From Mytilus trossulus (taxonomy: Eukaryota), in assembly GCF_036588685.1 (NCBI RefSeq), contig NC_086381.1, positions 50,220,001 through 50,284,000 on the forward strand: 64,000 nucleotides of DNA, written 5' to 3'. The position numbers and the translations under genes were made by a program. How positions within the stretch are numbered: the stretch's first letter is position 1; every line of letters begins with the position of its first letter. This document shows, in pieces, positions 12,128-26,100 of the stretch. The notes below the pieces were generated by a model. The model worked only from the letters and a program-made list of their open reading frames with translations, made no database searches and was not told the DNA's origin.

Positions 12128-12928
12128 ATGAGTCTTGTCACAGTACAGAAACCAGTTAAGATGTCTTTCAGCATCGATGAGCTTGCTAAGAGTAGCAGAG
12201 GTACCAGTTCAGACCAGACCAAACATGTCGGCAGCATATATGCTAGATTTCAGAGCATTGTCAAATTTCATCAAGAGACTACCCCAGTGAAGTTACAAGC
12301 CACTGTCCAACCAATGACAAGTACTCCTATCTCGCTACCACTCGCTAATCCCAACGTAGAGCGACAATTTAAAAGAAAAAGAGAAGAAGATTCAATTTAC
12401 TCAGCCGACAGCAGCCTTGAATCATCTGAAACCAAATCAACAGACAGTCTTTCGTCAATCTCAGACGACACGACTGAAATACAAGACAAACCAAGTAAAA
12501 AGGCAAGATGTATGTTTACGTCAACACAGATTACAGAATTAGAACAATGTTTCTTAACTAACAGATTTCTACCTATTGAAGACAGACCAATACTGGCTAA
12601 AAGACTGAAGCTTAGTCAACAACAAGTTAAAACATGGTTCCAGAATCGTAGAATGAAAGAAAAACGCCTACAAAAACTTGGAACAACAGAATTGCAGAAG
12701 TTAGCACATGATACACACGTTTCAGTGACGACAGCACAAGTTCCACCTACACTTCCTGGATACTTCAGCTACCAAAATCAGTACCCAGGATCACCATCAA
12801 CACAGTTTTATGATCCGATGTCACTTATGTATGGGTACGGTACGATGTCACCCGTTATGTATCCAGAATACAGCCGACCGGTTTACACTGGACTTTCTCC
12901 TCCGCTGGTAGAACACCACAGAGTCTGA
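12128..12928 (+). CDS. Intronless NKL/ANTP-class homeobox transcription factor, paralogue 2, 266 aa
   Basis: Homeodomain at 12494-12673 differs from paralogue 1 at one residue (K11T). Same eh1-like FSIDELA motif. AATAAA at about 13033. Confidence 0.93.
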   Translation: MSLVTVQKPVKMSFSIDELAKSSRGTSSDQTKHVGSIYARFQSIVKFHQETTPVKLQATVQPMTSTPISLPLANPNVERQFKRKREEDSIYSADSSLESSETKSTDSLSSISDDTTEIQDKPSKKARCMFTSTQITELEQCFLTNRFLPIEDRPILAKRLKLSQQQVKTWFQNRRMKEKRLQKLGTTELQKLAHDTHVSVTTAQVPPTLPGYFSYQNQYPGSPSTQFYDPMSLMYGYGTMSPVMYPEYSRPVYTGLSPPLVEHHRV

Positions 12929-13610
12929 TACAACAAGAACTATGACTTGAATAATATTTGTCAGTTGATATGCAATATGCTTGTTTTAATTTATTATTGT
13001 TATGGATATTATTAAAATGTTATTGTTGTACTAATAAATATGAAAATACTTAACCTGACTATCATTGTTTTTAGAAATCAAACATCCAAATACTATCCAC
13101 ATTGATATGTGTACACACTTGTTTTATATATATAAAAAAAAAAGAATCACTCAGAGGTACAAACACACAAAAAATGAAAAAAAGCCCACACATTTGAAAA
13201 AGACTTCCAAAGACATCCTATTGTGTCTGCTTATACCATGTATATATGTACGGTAGTTGTTCTATATGGTACATCTAGTCAGTTTGGTTTACTAGTACTT
13301 AAGATTACCCTCGTACACCTAACAATTTCAGGTTTTTCTTTTTAATGAGTTCTTTGGCTTTGCATAGCAATATTCATAAAAATGATATAAGGAAATAATT
13401 ACTAACGTGCGTCCAAATGTTCAGAACAGCAACCAAACTTAAGAGGTATTGTAAATTAGGTAGCTTGAACAACAAGCACATTGAGTGGTCTTTAAAGATA
13501 GAAGACAATGGAATTCCATTACAAAAAATAAACATGAATTTATTAAAAAAAAATGTCTAAATATAATGGTGCCAAACGGCATATATCTATTTTATACTGA
13601 TTTATTGATA

Positions 13611-13890
13611 AAACAAGAATGTGTCCCAAGTACACGGATGCCCCATCCGCACGATCTTTTTCTATCTTCAGTGGACCGTAAAAATGGGGTAAATACTAAT
13701 ATTTCTCCTTTGGCATTAAAATTAGAAAGATCATATCATAGGGAACATGTGCACTACGTTTCAAGTTGATTGGACTTCATCTTCATCAAAATACCTCGAC
13801 CAAAAATTAAATCTATTTATTTTAACGGAACAGACAGACGGACGGACGCACACACCAGAAAACATAATGCCAATAAATTGAGCATACAAA
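13611..13890 (-). mobile_element. HINE/pearl-like non-autonomous element (family A)
   Basis: Terminus aaacaagaatgtgtcccaagtacacggatg with internal GACA/GACG microsatellite. Homologous to 27882-28171 and 59496-59935. Confidence 0.75.
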
Positions 13891-14429
13891 ACCTAGACAG
13901 ATCAGTTGAATGTCTGTTTCTGTTGGAAGCTTTAACAAACTGCTCCTATATTTCAGAATACAAATGTCCTATCAAATCTTGCTTAATGACCAAGAAATAT
14001 AACGCGATTGCATGATCGTAAATACAATTATGATTGAAAACGAGCGTTCTTAAAAGGAAACAATTCAAGTTTTATACAACTGTCGAAATCACTTTTGAAA
14101 AAGATTATTGTTAAATCCTCATCTGATAAAAGTAATAGACTCACGTGGTTGTACTTTTCGGTATGTGTTATAAGGGAGAAGATTTTATATGATCCCTTCA
14201 GTACACTGCTGTCCACATATCAAGACCGATTTCACGTGGCTTGACTCTATTCCAACTGCTGTTCGACAAATTGCGCATGTATATGCATGAATCACTAAAC
14301 ATCTAGTTCTTGCCCAAACAATCTTTATTTGCTAATTAGATGATATGTGGATTTTACTGTCCTGTCTGTATATTGCGGACTAACTCCTACCTATTGCGCG
14401 GACGTTATAGTTCGGACGACTGTTTCACT

Positions 14430-15080
14430 TATACTTTTCATCGAGGAGTATAATATGGTGTATCTGGTTGTTCCAGGATCGAAAGTGCTGTTGCTACTGC
14501 CCCTGGAAATGGCATTATTAGTGGCGATGTGTCTGGTGGTGTCCGGGGTAACTCGGGATAATCTAGGTCAAATCTCTCGTCTTAGTCAATCTAGTATCGC
14601 TTGCCTCTGTCGATGGTTGGTTGAAAATAATTATTGACGATGACATGCCTTCCTGGGGTTGAACGGACTGATGGCGATGTCCGTTTTTATGACGATCCCC
14701 GCAGGTTCACCTTGATATTTTGTAGGTAATATCTCCCTGTTTCCCTCTAGCAATGCTTTGGCTTCTGTTTGCTGTTTCTGATCTACCCTGGTGGTTGGTG
14801 GTATAACCTCAGCCGATGTTGCAGCAGAGCTTTTGGCGTGCACCCACTGGTCATAACGCTTGGCGTCCCTCGGTTTACTGTTTTTCAGGTCCTGCTTGGA
14901 TTTACTGGAGGATGCCTCTGGTTCCTTAGCCTTGTTCAGTATTAATTGTACGGTCACCTGGTCAGAACTTGCCGAAAACTTCCAAGCAGGTTCTTTACCA
15001 GACACGTTCAAGTCTGCTAATAAAGCTTTCAATTCATCAGGGATTTCCTTAATGATTTGTCCAAGAATTGAATCGTGATG
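14430..15080 (-). pseudogene. Degenerate ORF remnant of unknown, probably transposon, origin
   Basis: GC content above background. Protein-like frame ILGQIIKEIPDELKALLADLNVSGKEPAWKFSASSDQVTVQL...PRDAKRYDQW lacks an ATG and breaks into other frames downstream. Confidence 0.4.
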
Positions 15081-15554
15081 TGATCAATACAAATTACAAT
15101 CGAATTTAGAACCAGAGACATATGTTAGATCTATTTTTCTAATGCATGTAGTTTAAAGGTTTGGTTGGCTTGTTTGCTCATGCATACAGACGATACAAGA
15201 GCACTGTGAACAAAACAAAAACAGCTCCTTCTGTTTTCGTTTAAATGATTTGGAACGCAACATTTGTTTGAAATGGTACGCGAACAAAGGCTTTTTGAAT
15301 TGACAAATTTTCAAATAAAAGAAAGATTGAATCAAAATCTTTACGGCTGATCTGGATGAATATATTATATAATGTGCGAAAAGTGTATGCCCAAAATCAT
15401 TGAGCAACCAGTATATCAAAGTGTATGCCACTTAGATATGTCAAATATTTCTTGATAAATAAAGTTGAGATATGTTACGACTTGAATCTAATAACAAATT
15501 TAAAGGGAAAGGTGCACATTTTGTACTCATAAGAATACGCACATATATATATAT

Positions 15555-15852
15555 CCTTTACCATAGATAATTTAGCTGATCTGTAACAATAACATCTTCA
15601 TGCCTTATATATCATGTACTGCAGTACGCCGCTAGATTAAAACTGACGTGGAAAGGTAACATATGGCCACCGAAAGCTCTTTTTTTGAGAGCCCAGGTGG
15701 TCGTGTGGTCTAGCGGGACGGCTGCAGTGCAGGCGATTTGGTGTCACGATATCACAGTAGCATGGGTTCGAATCCCGGCGAGGGAAGAACCAAAAATGTG
15801 CGAAAGCAAATTTACATATCTAACATTGTTGGGTTGATGTTTAGACGAGTTG
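15555..15852 (+). mobile_element. Short element with a tRNA-derived (Pol III A/B box) segment, SINE-like, inserted in (TA)n
   Basis: A-box-like TGGTCGTGTGG at about 15698 and B box GGTTCGAATCCC at 15765-15776. TA runs on both sides. No clean tRNA cloverleaf. Confidence 0.6.
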
Positions 15853-18623
15853 TATATATATATCTTTTTATTTGAACAAAAGTCATGTTGCAAGATTTTA
15901 TTGAATAAAACCAGACAAATAATGGTTAATTATAAGTTTATTTTTTCTTCACTTTTATCCCTTTACAGTGAATAATAATGACCAATCGAATAGCACTATG
16001 TTTTGGTCAAGGAATAAGGGTTTCTTATTAAACCTGTCCACACTTTAACTTGTTTATAAATCATAAACATATTGGTTTCCAGTCGCCCTTCTCGCCTGCA
16101 TCTATCTCCCGTTGTCTTACGGGGAAATGACAGCCAATATTGACGATATAAACAACAAATTACTTATTACAAACAATGATTACATGTCTTGTTTATTTGT
16201 CCCTCTAAACAACTTAGTCATTTAGTAGAAGGTTATCCTATTGTCAAATTAGATATTCTCTTTGAATGTCAAACTTAATAAACACGAGACACAGATTGTC
16301 GTCTGCTGTGGAAGATCACGTGGTAAATTGGTATGGAAATCAGATTCCAGTACCAACTTAATCAACAACAATAAAAGCTTTGATTTATATAACCTCTGAA
16401 TGTCTACTAAACTCTAATCGAGTTTCCCAAATAAACGAAATAGTTCAATCCAAAACAGAGCAAATATGAAATAAGCAATACAAACCTGATACAAACAAAG
16501 CAAAATTATAACCCCCCCCCCCCCCCCCCAAAAAAAAACCCCAAAAACAAACCGAATGATACGTGCAGATTAATTTAAATGACCCATTTCCATAGCATAT
16601 GTGTTGCACTTTCTGGAATATATAATTTTATATCATCTAATACGCTAGTAAGAGCAAATAATAATAAAAAAATCCAAAGAGTTAAGAAAGAGAAAAGATC
16701 GTTTTTTCTGGGTTATTAACCTTTACCATGTTTACTGGGAATTAATTCTCAAACCGAAACATTTAACAGCAAAGTATGTATATGATGAAAAAAAGCATGA
16801 AGAGGAAACACATTCATTAGCATATAAACCAAGAGGGCCAACAAATAATTGAAGATTTCATCTGCGTGATTTTCAACCTTTTTGTTAGCACAAATGCTTA
16901 AATTATGAATTTTGAATTTACATATATTAAATTCAGTTGTCAATGATCTCTTCTATAACAGAGATCATTTATATTTCCCTCATTTTATTGTAAAGTGGTT
17001 TAGTCTGAATTGCTAATACGAGGGCATCGTCCGTTCGTCGAGAGACGAGTTTGTTTTCTCAAAAAATTCAACCATAATCTCAAAAAACAACTTAATAGCT
17101 AAAACTGACACACATCGTCGTAAACAGTAGTTTTATACTTGTATGATGTATGTCGTCCGCGATTGAAGTACAAGATGTTCTTCGGTCAACGTGTACACCC
17201 AAATAAAACTGCAGAGAATCATTATTGTTTTATTTGTATCCGTGTTGTACTTCAGATATAAAAAAGAAGATGCGGTATGAGTGTCCATGGGACAACCCAG
17301 TCTTCACAAGAGACCAACTGAAACAGAAATTAACAACTATAGGCCACCATACGGTCTGCAATAATGCAAAAAGCCTTTGCCGCACACAGTGACAGTCAGC
17401 TATAAAAGACACAGAAATGACAAATTTAAAAGAATTTAAACCAGAAAACTAACGGACTAATTTATGTACAAAATAATGAACGAAAAACAAAATTGTAACA
17501 CAGCAACTAACCAAAACCACTGCATGAATTGCCATGGAACAGGCACATACTTGCTTATGTGACGGGGTTATTTGGTCTGTAATACAACCCTATCAGGTTA
17601 ACAGTATAATAACGGTATATCAGCTCTTCATGACGTTGTGCTTTTCAATTTGATCTACTTGTTTCTCCGTACCTTTGATTAAACAAAATAACTAGCAAGA
17701 GAAGCACCCATTTCACATTATTTTATAAATGTCACTGTCCTCTCAATCCACCACTTCTGTAAACTCAAAAGATCAATTATAGTATATAGAATAGATTTAT
17801 CAGCATCGATAAGACAATTAATTCACTCAAGTGTGATTTGCTCGACTAATACAATAAAGTTCTGCAATACATTTTTGATTTAGGACGACTTATGTAGAGA
17901 AATGACATACAAAAAGGTCCTTAGATTGGTATTTTGTTTAGAATATAAAACTGCAATTACAATCAAAATACTAGTTTATGTGTCTGAGAATAATAGGATA
18001 TACAAAATAATGGCAATTTACAACCGACAGAACATTCGGAATGAGACTGTTACTCCAATTTTGTTTTAACGACATTGGTATTTTTATTTTCTAGATTACG
18101 ATTGTATCGGATTGTATCGCTTGTACGTATACTATTGATTATTTATAATTCTAATGTTTAGTTTGAAAAGGTTATCTATCTTTTAAGGTGTATATAAGGA
18201 AACATGAATACTTGTGAAGTAATCTGTTTAAAAGGTGTTTACTTTGCACATGTAAATGTGTAGTGTCGTTTATTTTTGTCTCCCATCCTATACAATTGTA
18301 TTTATTGTAAACTTGACAGTTTTGTTTTCATTTTGAACATGCATGAAACATTTGCCACTGGTCATGTTTTACATTGTCTTATCAGGGCCTTTTATAGCTG
18401 ACTATGCGGTATGGGCTTTGCTCATTGTTAAAGGCCGTATGGTAACCTAACGTTGTTAATGTTTGTGTCATTTTGGTCTTTTGTGGATAGCTGTCTCATT
18501 GGCAATCATACCACATCTTCTTTTTTATATGAAGCAACTAAAAATAGATCAACCATCTGAGACATTTTCCACCACATTGTTGTAATCTATTGAGACCATC
18601 TTTGCTAGTCAAGGGAGACAATA

Positions 18624-18679
18624 CACTTCCCTCCTCTCCACCCTTGGTAGATTAAGCCAATGTGGAGAGGAGGGAAGTG
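18624..18679. repeat. Hairpin with a perfect 18-bp stem
   Basis: cacttccctcctctccac ... gtggagaggagggaagtg, plus an inner ttgg/ccaa pairing. Confidence 0.85.
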
Positions 18680-18689
18680 GATAATGCTG

Positions 18690-19680
18690 CATATCAAAAA
18701 AGAAACAAATACCAATTTTAATAGTCTACAGTTTTGTATAATTGATCAGGAGAAGGAGCCATTTCAAACTTCAATATCTAAGAGACGAGTATCATTTTCC
18801 AATTTAAAATTCTTAGAGTTGTGGCAAAATTGAGATACAGCAAAGATCAATTTAGCATTCCATAGTTTTGCATAACATAAAAGCAGCATTTATTAATTTA
18901 ATAATTCGTAATTTTGAACAATAGTCTTTCGTTTTGAAAAACAGAGAAGTAGCAAATACCAATGTTCTAGTCCAATTAGCCTTGCAAAGTTTAGCAGCAA
19001 CATAGACCAAATTAATAGTCTAAAATTTTCCATGACAGCAAAGCTGCTTATACCAATTAAGTAGTCCCTATTTTTGCATAATATATATATAGTATCAGAA
19101 AAACATCAATTACTTATTTGTAAACCGTAGTTTTGCATAGCAAATAAACAGAAAGTACTAATTTAATAGTAGTCTATCACTGTCTATTGTTTGAATTGCA
19201 GAAAGGAAGTAATAAACAATTTAAAAGTGAATACTGTAGTTTTGCATAGCAAAGGAGTAGCAAATATCAATTTAATAAAAGATTACTTTGCATACATATG
19301 AGAGAAGAAACAAATGCCAATTTTAACAGTCTATAGCTTTGCATTCCTAAGAAGCATCAGTTTAAGAATTTTATATCTAACAGACTGTGAGACAAGTTGC
19401 GATTACCTAATTAATATTCTTACAGTTGAAGCAAAATTGAGAAGCTGCAAAGACTGATCAAGTCGCCAATACTTTTGCATAACCTTAGAAGCAGCATATA
19501 TACCAATTGATAATTTTGCATAAATATTAATCCAATTAGCCATAAATTTAAAACCCTCAGTAGAAAGTCAAACCAATTCAATAATTTTGCAAAGCTGATA
19601 AATAGCAAATACAAATTTAATAGTCTACAGTTTTGCATAGCACAGAAGCATAAATTGCTTATTTAATAAACATAGCTTTG
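18690..19680. repeat. Old degenerate minisatellite (~55-65 bp units)
   Basis: Recurring caaataccaatttaatagtctacagttttgcata-like motif, roughly 15 times. Confidence 0.7.
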
Positions 19681-20187
19681 TATATTTATATATTTAGCAG
19701 AATGTCCTGAAATAATATTATTAGTCTTTTATTTCACCAAGCCTCACTCAAAAATCATGATAATCATTAGCGAAATAGTTAACGTTACCATATTAAAGCT
19801 GTATAGTTCCCAACCTTTTGTGCATTTTTATTTTGAATATATGAATAACCATAACCTGTACAAAATAATTTATTTGTAGATTGCATGCATCTTATGTACA
19901 AAATACAACAGTTCAATAACATAACAAATGTTTCAGACACTGGTCCTCAGAGAAGATCTGATTGTACATAATAGAGTTATTCCCCTTTCATCATTATAAT
20001 AATTTTATCACTCAAGAGTTATCTCCCTTTCTATAGTTAATATTTTTATATAACTTTCTAATAACATTTTATTTTTCATTTTTTTTTAACAGTTGTGTTC
20101 ATGGGAAACATGAGAGACAGATTGAATTTCTCTGTGGTAATAAAATACAAAGTCTAAAACATTAATAAAGTTAAAAACAAGGTTTAT

Positions 20188-23100
20188 TTATGCTGCTGAC
20201 AACTTAGGACACTCAGGACTTAAGAAGTTTCTAGGTTGTACATATCCATCTTGTTTATCCCTGAAAATATAAAATAAAATTTAATAAACACAAATGTTTA
20301 GAAAAAGTGGCAAAGGAAAATTTAAAGTGAATGTGTCACATGTTTAATAAAGTGAAAAAATATGTAAATATGTGCTATTTTCTAATTTGATTTGTAAAAC
20401 AATTTCAATTCTTTATTGAGTGTGATTAAACTGTGATTGTATTGTGATTGAGTGTTAAACTAGTTGAGGCCTTTTATAGCCCACAATACAGTATGCTTTT
20501 TCTTTTATTGAAGAACCCATCATGGTTGTCTATAATTTCTTACATGCACTTCATATGAACTTTAGTGGATAGTTGTCACATTGGCAATCATACCACATCT
20601 CCTTATTTTTATATGAGTTATTTAATTCTTAAAATAAAAATAGTGAGAAATTATGAGGTGAACCTTGATATTTTAGAAGTTACGATTGAACAAATTTTGG
20701 TGTTGTGACTGTAAGCATGCTTTTGTAAAAACTGTATATTCTGAAATGGCACACTTAACGGTATATTGGTGAAATATTTATTGTGAACTTGAAATCTTTG
20801 ATGAAGGAATCAAATGCAACCCATATATTATTTATAGCTTCATTGCACATTCTGGATTATAAATGGTAATTTGATATAAAACCAAAATAGATATTCTTGA
20901 AAAAAATCCTTTTGAAAAATGGGAAAACATATTATATCCCATCATCAATCAAAAACTATCACTTTTCTCCAAACAATTAAACAATAAACATTTGTCGAAG
21001 AATTACAAATTACATATGCTTTTATTTATGTATTCTGGGTAACCAAAGCTAATTGAAATCATAGCATTGCAATATTTCATCTCAAACTGCTATAAAACAT
21101 TGTAATAAATTGTATTGATCCAAAATCTTGTCATAATAGTGGTTAAGAATCATATTATGAGGGGCTTTATTTAATAAACAAAATATCACGTAGACCATGT
21201 TCAAACTCTTATGTCAAAGAATAGATTGAATTTCAAATTCATTACCAATCTTTTACATGTTTTCATCAGATTTTTCAACCCAGGATAAAGATAAATACTT
21301 GTCTTAGTAAATATGGGGAAATGTAAGTAGCGAAAAGATAATTTCCGTAGCCATTTATAGAACAATTACAAAGATGATTTATTGGCAGAAATAAGTTTTT
21401 GTGCAAACTTAACATGATGCAACAAGGAATCTAAAATTGATGGAAGAGCGATGTGGGACGAAAATAGAACGGGACAAGGACATTTTATTTGATTTGAAGT
21501 GTTGCTGATTTGATTGTTTGATTTGTCACCAGATGAAATTGATGTGAGTTATTTATAAATAAAGGCTTGTCCTGTACATTCTTTACATTAATAGACTGGT
21601 TTTCCAAATTTTTGATTCGCTATACATGTATCCCAAAGAATAAAAACAGAAACGTAATACTTTTCTGATTTATCGATGAAGTTCAACAAGCTCTATCAAT
21701 ACAATTCAAATTCCTACAAATTTTTAAAAGGTTACAATTCAGAATCTGAAGGAGTTTAGAAAATTTGATTGTCAAAACCCAAACTTGAAAATAATGTAAT
21801 GTCATTAGTTGAATTTCTATTGTTCAGTCTGTTTTTAACAAATCACAACAATTTTGGTGTAGACTTTTGAAAATGTTACCCAGAATGCATTAGATTCTGG
21901 AAAGTCAAATCATGTATACTATGCCTTCATTTCAAGCTTTATTTTAAAACTGGATTGTATAAATCCTCAAATAGAAATAATATAAATAAAATAAAAATTT
22001 GTAAGGGTTCCGCGGAACCCAGTGTCTCGCCTACTTTCGCTGTAAAATGCAGGGTCAACAAAATTGAAGGAAAAAATCAATAAAAACATATCTTTTGATT
22101 GTAAGAAGCTTCTGTCCATGTTTGGTAAAAATCCAGGATAGTTTATAAATCTAATCAATGTTTTAAAAACTTTAACTGCAGACTGGATGTAATGTTAACT
22201 GGAAGAAAAACTAAGTCCATATATAAGTAAAATACAGATACACAGGTACAAAATATTAACAAAATTTCCTTCTAGATATTAGCTTTTGATCATAAACAAG
22301 CTTCCTTCCAAGTTTGGTTCAAATTAAAAATAGTATAAGAAAGTTATCAATTTTTTTTTAAAATTTAACCACAGAGTGAATGTGTTGCTGGCAGAAAATC
22401 TAAGTCCATTTAAAGTAGAATACGGAAAAAATGGATTTATTGTTTTACAAAATTTATATCTTATCATATCTGGATACTATCTGGATACTATCTTAAGATC
22501 ATAAACAAGCTTCTGTCCAAGTTTGGTAGAAACAAAGGATAGTTTAAGAAAGTAATTAAAATTTTAAAAACTTTAACCACAGAGTGAATGTAATGTTTTC
22601 CCACAGAAAAACTAAGTCCATTTATAAGTAAAATATGGAAAAAATGGAATTTTATTTTTACAAAATTTACCTCTGGATACTATCTTAAGATCATAAACAA
22701 GCTTCTGTCCAAGTTTGGTAGAAACCAAGGATAGTTTAGGGAAGTTATTAAAATTTTAAAAACTTAAACCACAGAGTGAATGTAATGTTTTCTCACAGAA
22801 AAACTAAGTCCATTTATAAGTAAAATATGGAATTTTATTTTCACAAAATTTACTTCTGGATACTATCTCATGATCGTAAGCAAGCTTCTGTTCAAGTTTG
22901 GTAGAAATCCAGTATGGTTTAAGAAAGTAATTAAAATTTCAAAAACTTTAACCACAGAGTGAATATTTGTGGACGCTGCCACCGCCGACGGAATGTAGGA
23001 TTGCTTAGTCTCGCTTTTTCGACTAAAGTCGAAGGCTCGACAAAAATGGGTACTTTCATTAAGAAATATTTTGTTTTTCAGAGTTCGCCCCTCCCCTCCC

Positions 23101-26100
23101 CCTATTCTTTCTACTTTGTATACTTACACATCATATTTAAGATAACTGAAAACTTCATTTATTTGTTGTTGTGATATTTCTCCATCTATCTGTGCAAGGT
23201 ATTGATAAATATCTTTAAACAATTGGAAAGGTATACGAGCAGGGCCACCATCTGGATCACCTGTTAATATCTCACACACTGTTTTCATTGCATCAGAAAT
23301 TGTCTGAAAAATACAAAAATGTCAGTAGAGTTAATACAACAATCCAAGATTTTGATAAACCATCAATCTACCTTAAATATACATTGAATAATTTTGAAAA
23401 TGATAATGAGGTTCTATGAAAATTTCAATAGGACCCCCACCCCCCAAAAAAAATGAAATAAAAAAATCTATATGAAGAAGCCAATTAAAAGTCTCCAACT
23501 ATAGGCAATTAATTGCCAATGCAATATGTTCTTATTCATCTTGTACAATCATTATTTTGTGTGTAAATTCATAACTTACTGTTTAGACCCATCAGGATAA
23601 AACAGATGTTGTGTAGAAAACCTAGACAATGACAAAACTATTTCTTCAATATTTGCTTCACTATGGGGTAAAATGCTCATGAATCATGATCATGAAAATA
23701 CTAATAAAATTGAAAATGGAAATGGGTCAAAGAGACAACAACCCGACCAAAGGGCAGACAACAGCCAAAGGCCACCAATGCAGCGAGAAACTCCTGCACC
23801 CGGGAGGCATGCTCTAGCTGGCCCCTAAACAAAAATGTAAATTCAACATCAAAACGTCATTGAGTTTATCTTGTTTAATATTATTTATGGCAAAAATTTC
23901 ATCACATTTAAATGGTTAAAGCACAAATACAAACATTCATGAAACTGAGAATGGAAATGTGTCAAAGAGACAACAACCCCAAAAAAGAACAGAAATACAC
24001 TTATGTATTATAAAATCGTCATTTTGAATAGATTCCTAATTTTGTGCACCTGTATTCAACTTGAAGAAATAATCCAACTTGAAATATATTCATTAAATTC
24101 TTTAATTAGAAACACTTAATCCCAACAAAAAAAAATCTATGATCAAATTATGCAGTAGAAAGACCCTGAACAAATCTTTCCCTAACTAGACCGGATTTTC
24201 CATTCCAGGCAATATATATATTACATAATTTTAAATCAATCAATGTTATCTCTTTTTTCTACAAATCTCTTGGGAAACATACCAATTACAAATCTAATAG
24301 TAAACAATACAGTTTCATACCCTGGATAAGGCTCAAAGAAACAAAATCAGTGCCTATTTTGAGTAATTTTATCTTTTGAAGAAAAAGAAAGATTAAAAAT
24401 CACCTTAAATTCGTTTTTGAAGCAATTTACTAAAATTGATCAAGATAAATTCAATCTAATTTGGCTGCAGTCTCTTAGGCAAATTTGTCATTATCAATCT
24501 TCAAAACTACTGTACTCAATTTGACTAAGTTTTTCTTTAAATTTGTTTTCCCATTATCTCTGAATTTCTAGGGCCATGACAAAATATTTTAAAGTTTATT
24601 GTTTTCTTTAGACATAAATAATGTGAAAAGGATTGAGATTTTAAATTATTTTTTATATATTCTTTTTCTAGATCAAATGAACTTATCACATAACACAATT
24701 ACTTTGGGACAGTTTCAAGAATTAAAGCAAATGTATTTGAAGTCCAAAACAAATTATGACAGAATCTAAAATATTCTTGAAATATTGTTATTGTCTTTAT
24801 GTTTTGCCAAAAAATTTCACTATAACATATTGTACATTTAATTTAATAATTTCAAAAGATAAGCAATAACTACAATGTAATTTACGCTTTAAATTCTAAA
24901 TTTCAAGTACATTGTGTGTACATACAGTAAGTTATGAAGGATCTATTCAAATTAAAATCTCCTTGTATTCTTATTTTCATGGATCTCTTTGACCCCACAT
25001 TGACCACTTTTAGCCAACATCACAGTGATGTATTTTCCTAACTTTCTAACTTTATTGTATAATCTTGTAAGAGAATATATTCAAGTTCCTGATTTCATGC
25101 ATGCTACTAGTGAAAGTCACATAAACAAATCACTCACAAAAAATATTCATAGAATAGTTAATCGTCAATTCTAAAATATGAGGAACTGATGATGAGACTG
25201 AGAGCACAATGCATTAAGAAATATAACTGGATCAACCTAGTGTAATTGATTTATTGAGTATAAAGAATTTTAAACAGTTAACTAATTTAGATAAATATAT
25301 ATATTAACTTATAGATAAAAACATGATCACTCCCTGTCTGCTTACTTGTTTAATTTGAAATTTTATACTGTAAACCAACATATTTTCCCGAGCGATTTAT
25401 TTTCGCCAGTAGAAAAATGACACAAATATAAATCGTCGCAAATATTTAAAATTTGGATATCTCCTTATTAAACTACACTAAGTAAATAAGAATATTGCGA
25501 AATTAAATAGCCGCCAAGTGAACAAGAAAAAGTAAAACCCAAAATAAAGTATCCGCGAAAATAAGTTGGTTTACAGTATACCGTATACACACACTAATGA
25601 ACTGTATAAAAGTGCAAGGTAAAAAGGATTTTGGATTAAGGAAAACATAAAATTACTTCATTTTAGCCTAAGCCACTTGTTGACTACAAGTAATAGTTCA
25701 TTACAGTTGTAATAATGGAATGTTTTACTCTTAGAGACTCTTTAAGATGACATTAATCAAGTTGGAATGAAATTATGTAATACCATTTAAAGGATATTGT
25801 CAAGAAAATGTGGGATCTGTCAATTCATTTAAATTTTCATCAAGATTAACAATAAACCATTCAAGTCAAAACAAAAACAGCTTCTGTCTTCTTTTCTTAT
25901 GAACAGAGCAGTTGTTTTCACAGCCCACATGTATTGGAATTTTAGTTATTGGTAAAATGAATGATGATTAATTTCAAACTGTTCTCTAACAGTTAATGAG
26001 TTTTGAAGCCATTGTAAAATGTATGTTAGAGAATAAAAAAAACCATATACATTATACCTCTAATAAGATTGATTTTTTTACTTTTAACACCGTTAATTGA

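Noticed and set aside
3080-12928. Homeobox pair as an uncollapsed-haplotype assembly artefact
   Set aside because: The copies differ by many substitutions and indels, and homology stops within a few hundred bp of the ORFs, unlike allelic duplication.
15691-15790. Functional tRNA gene
   Set aside because: A/B boxes are present, but the spacing is long, no convincing acceptor or anticodon stems form, and it lies within a TA-flanked repeat.
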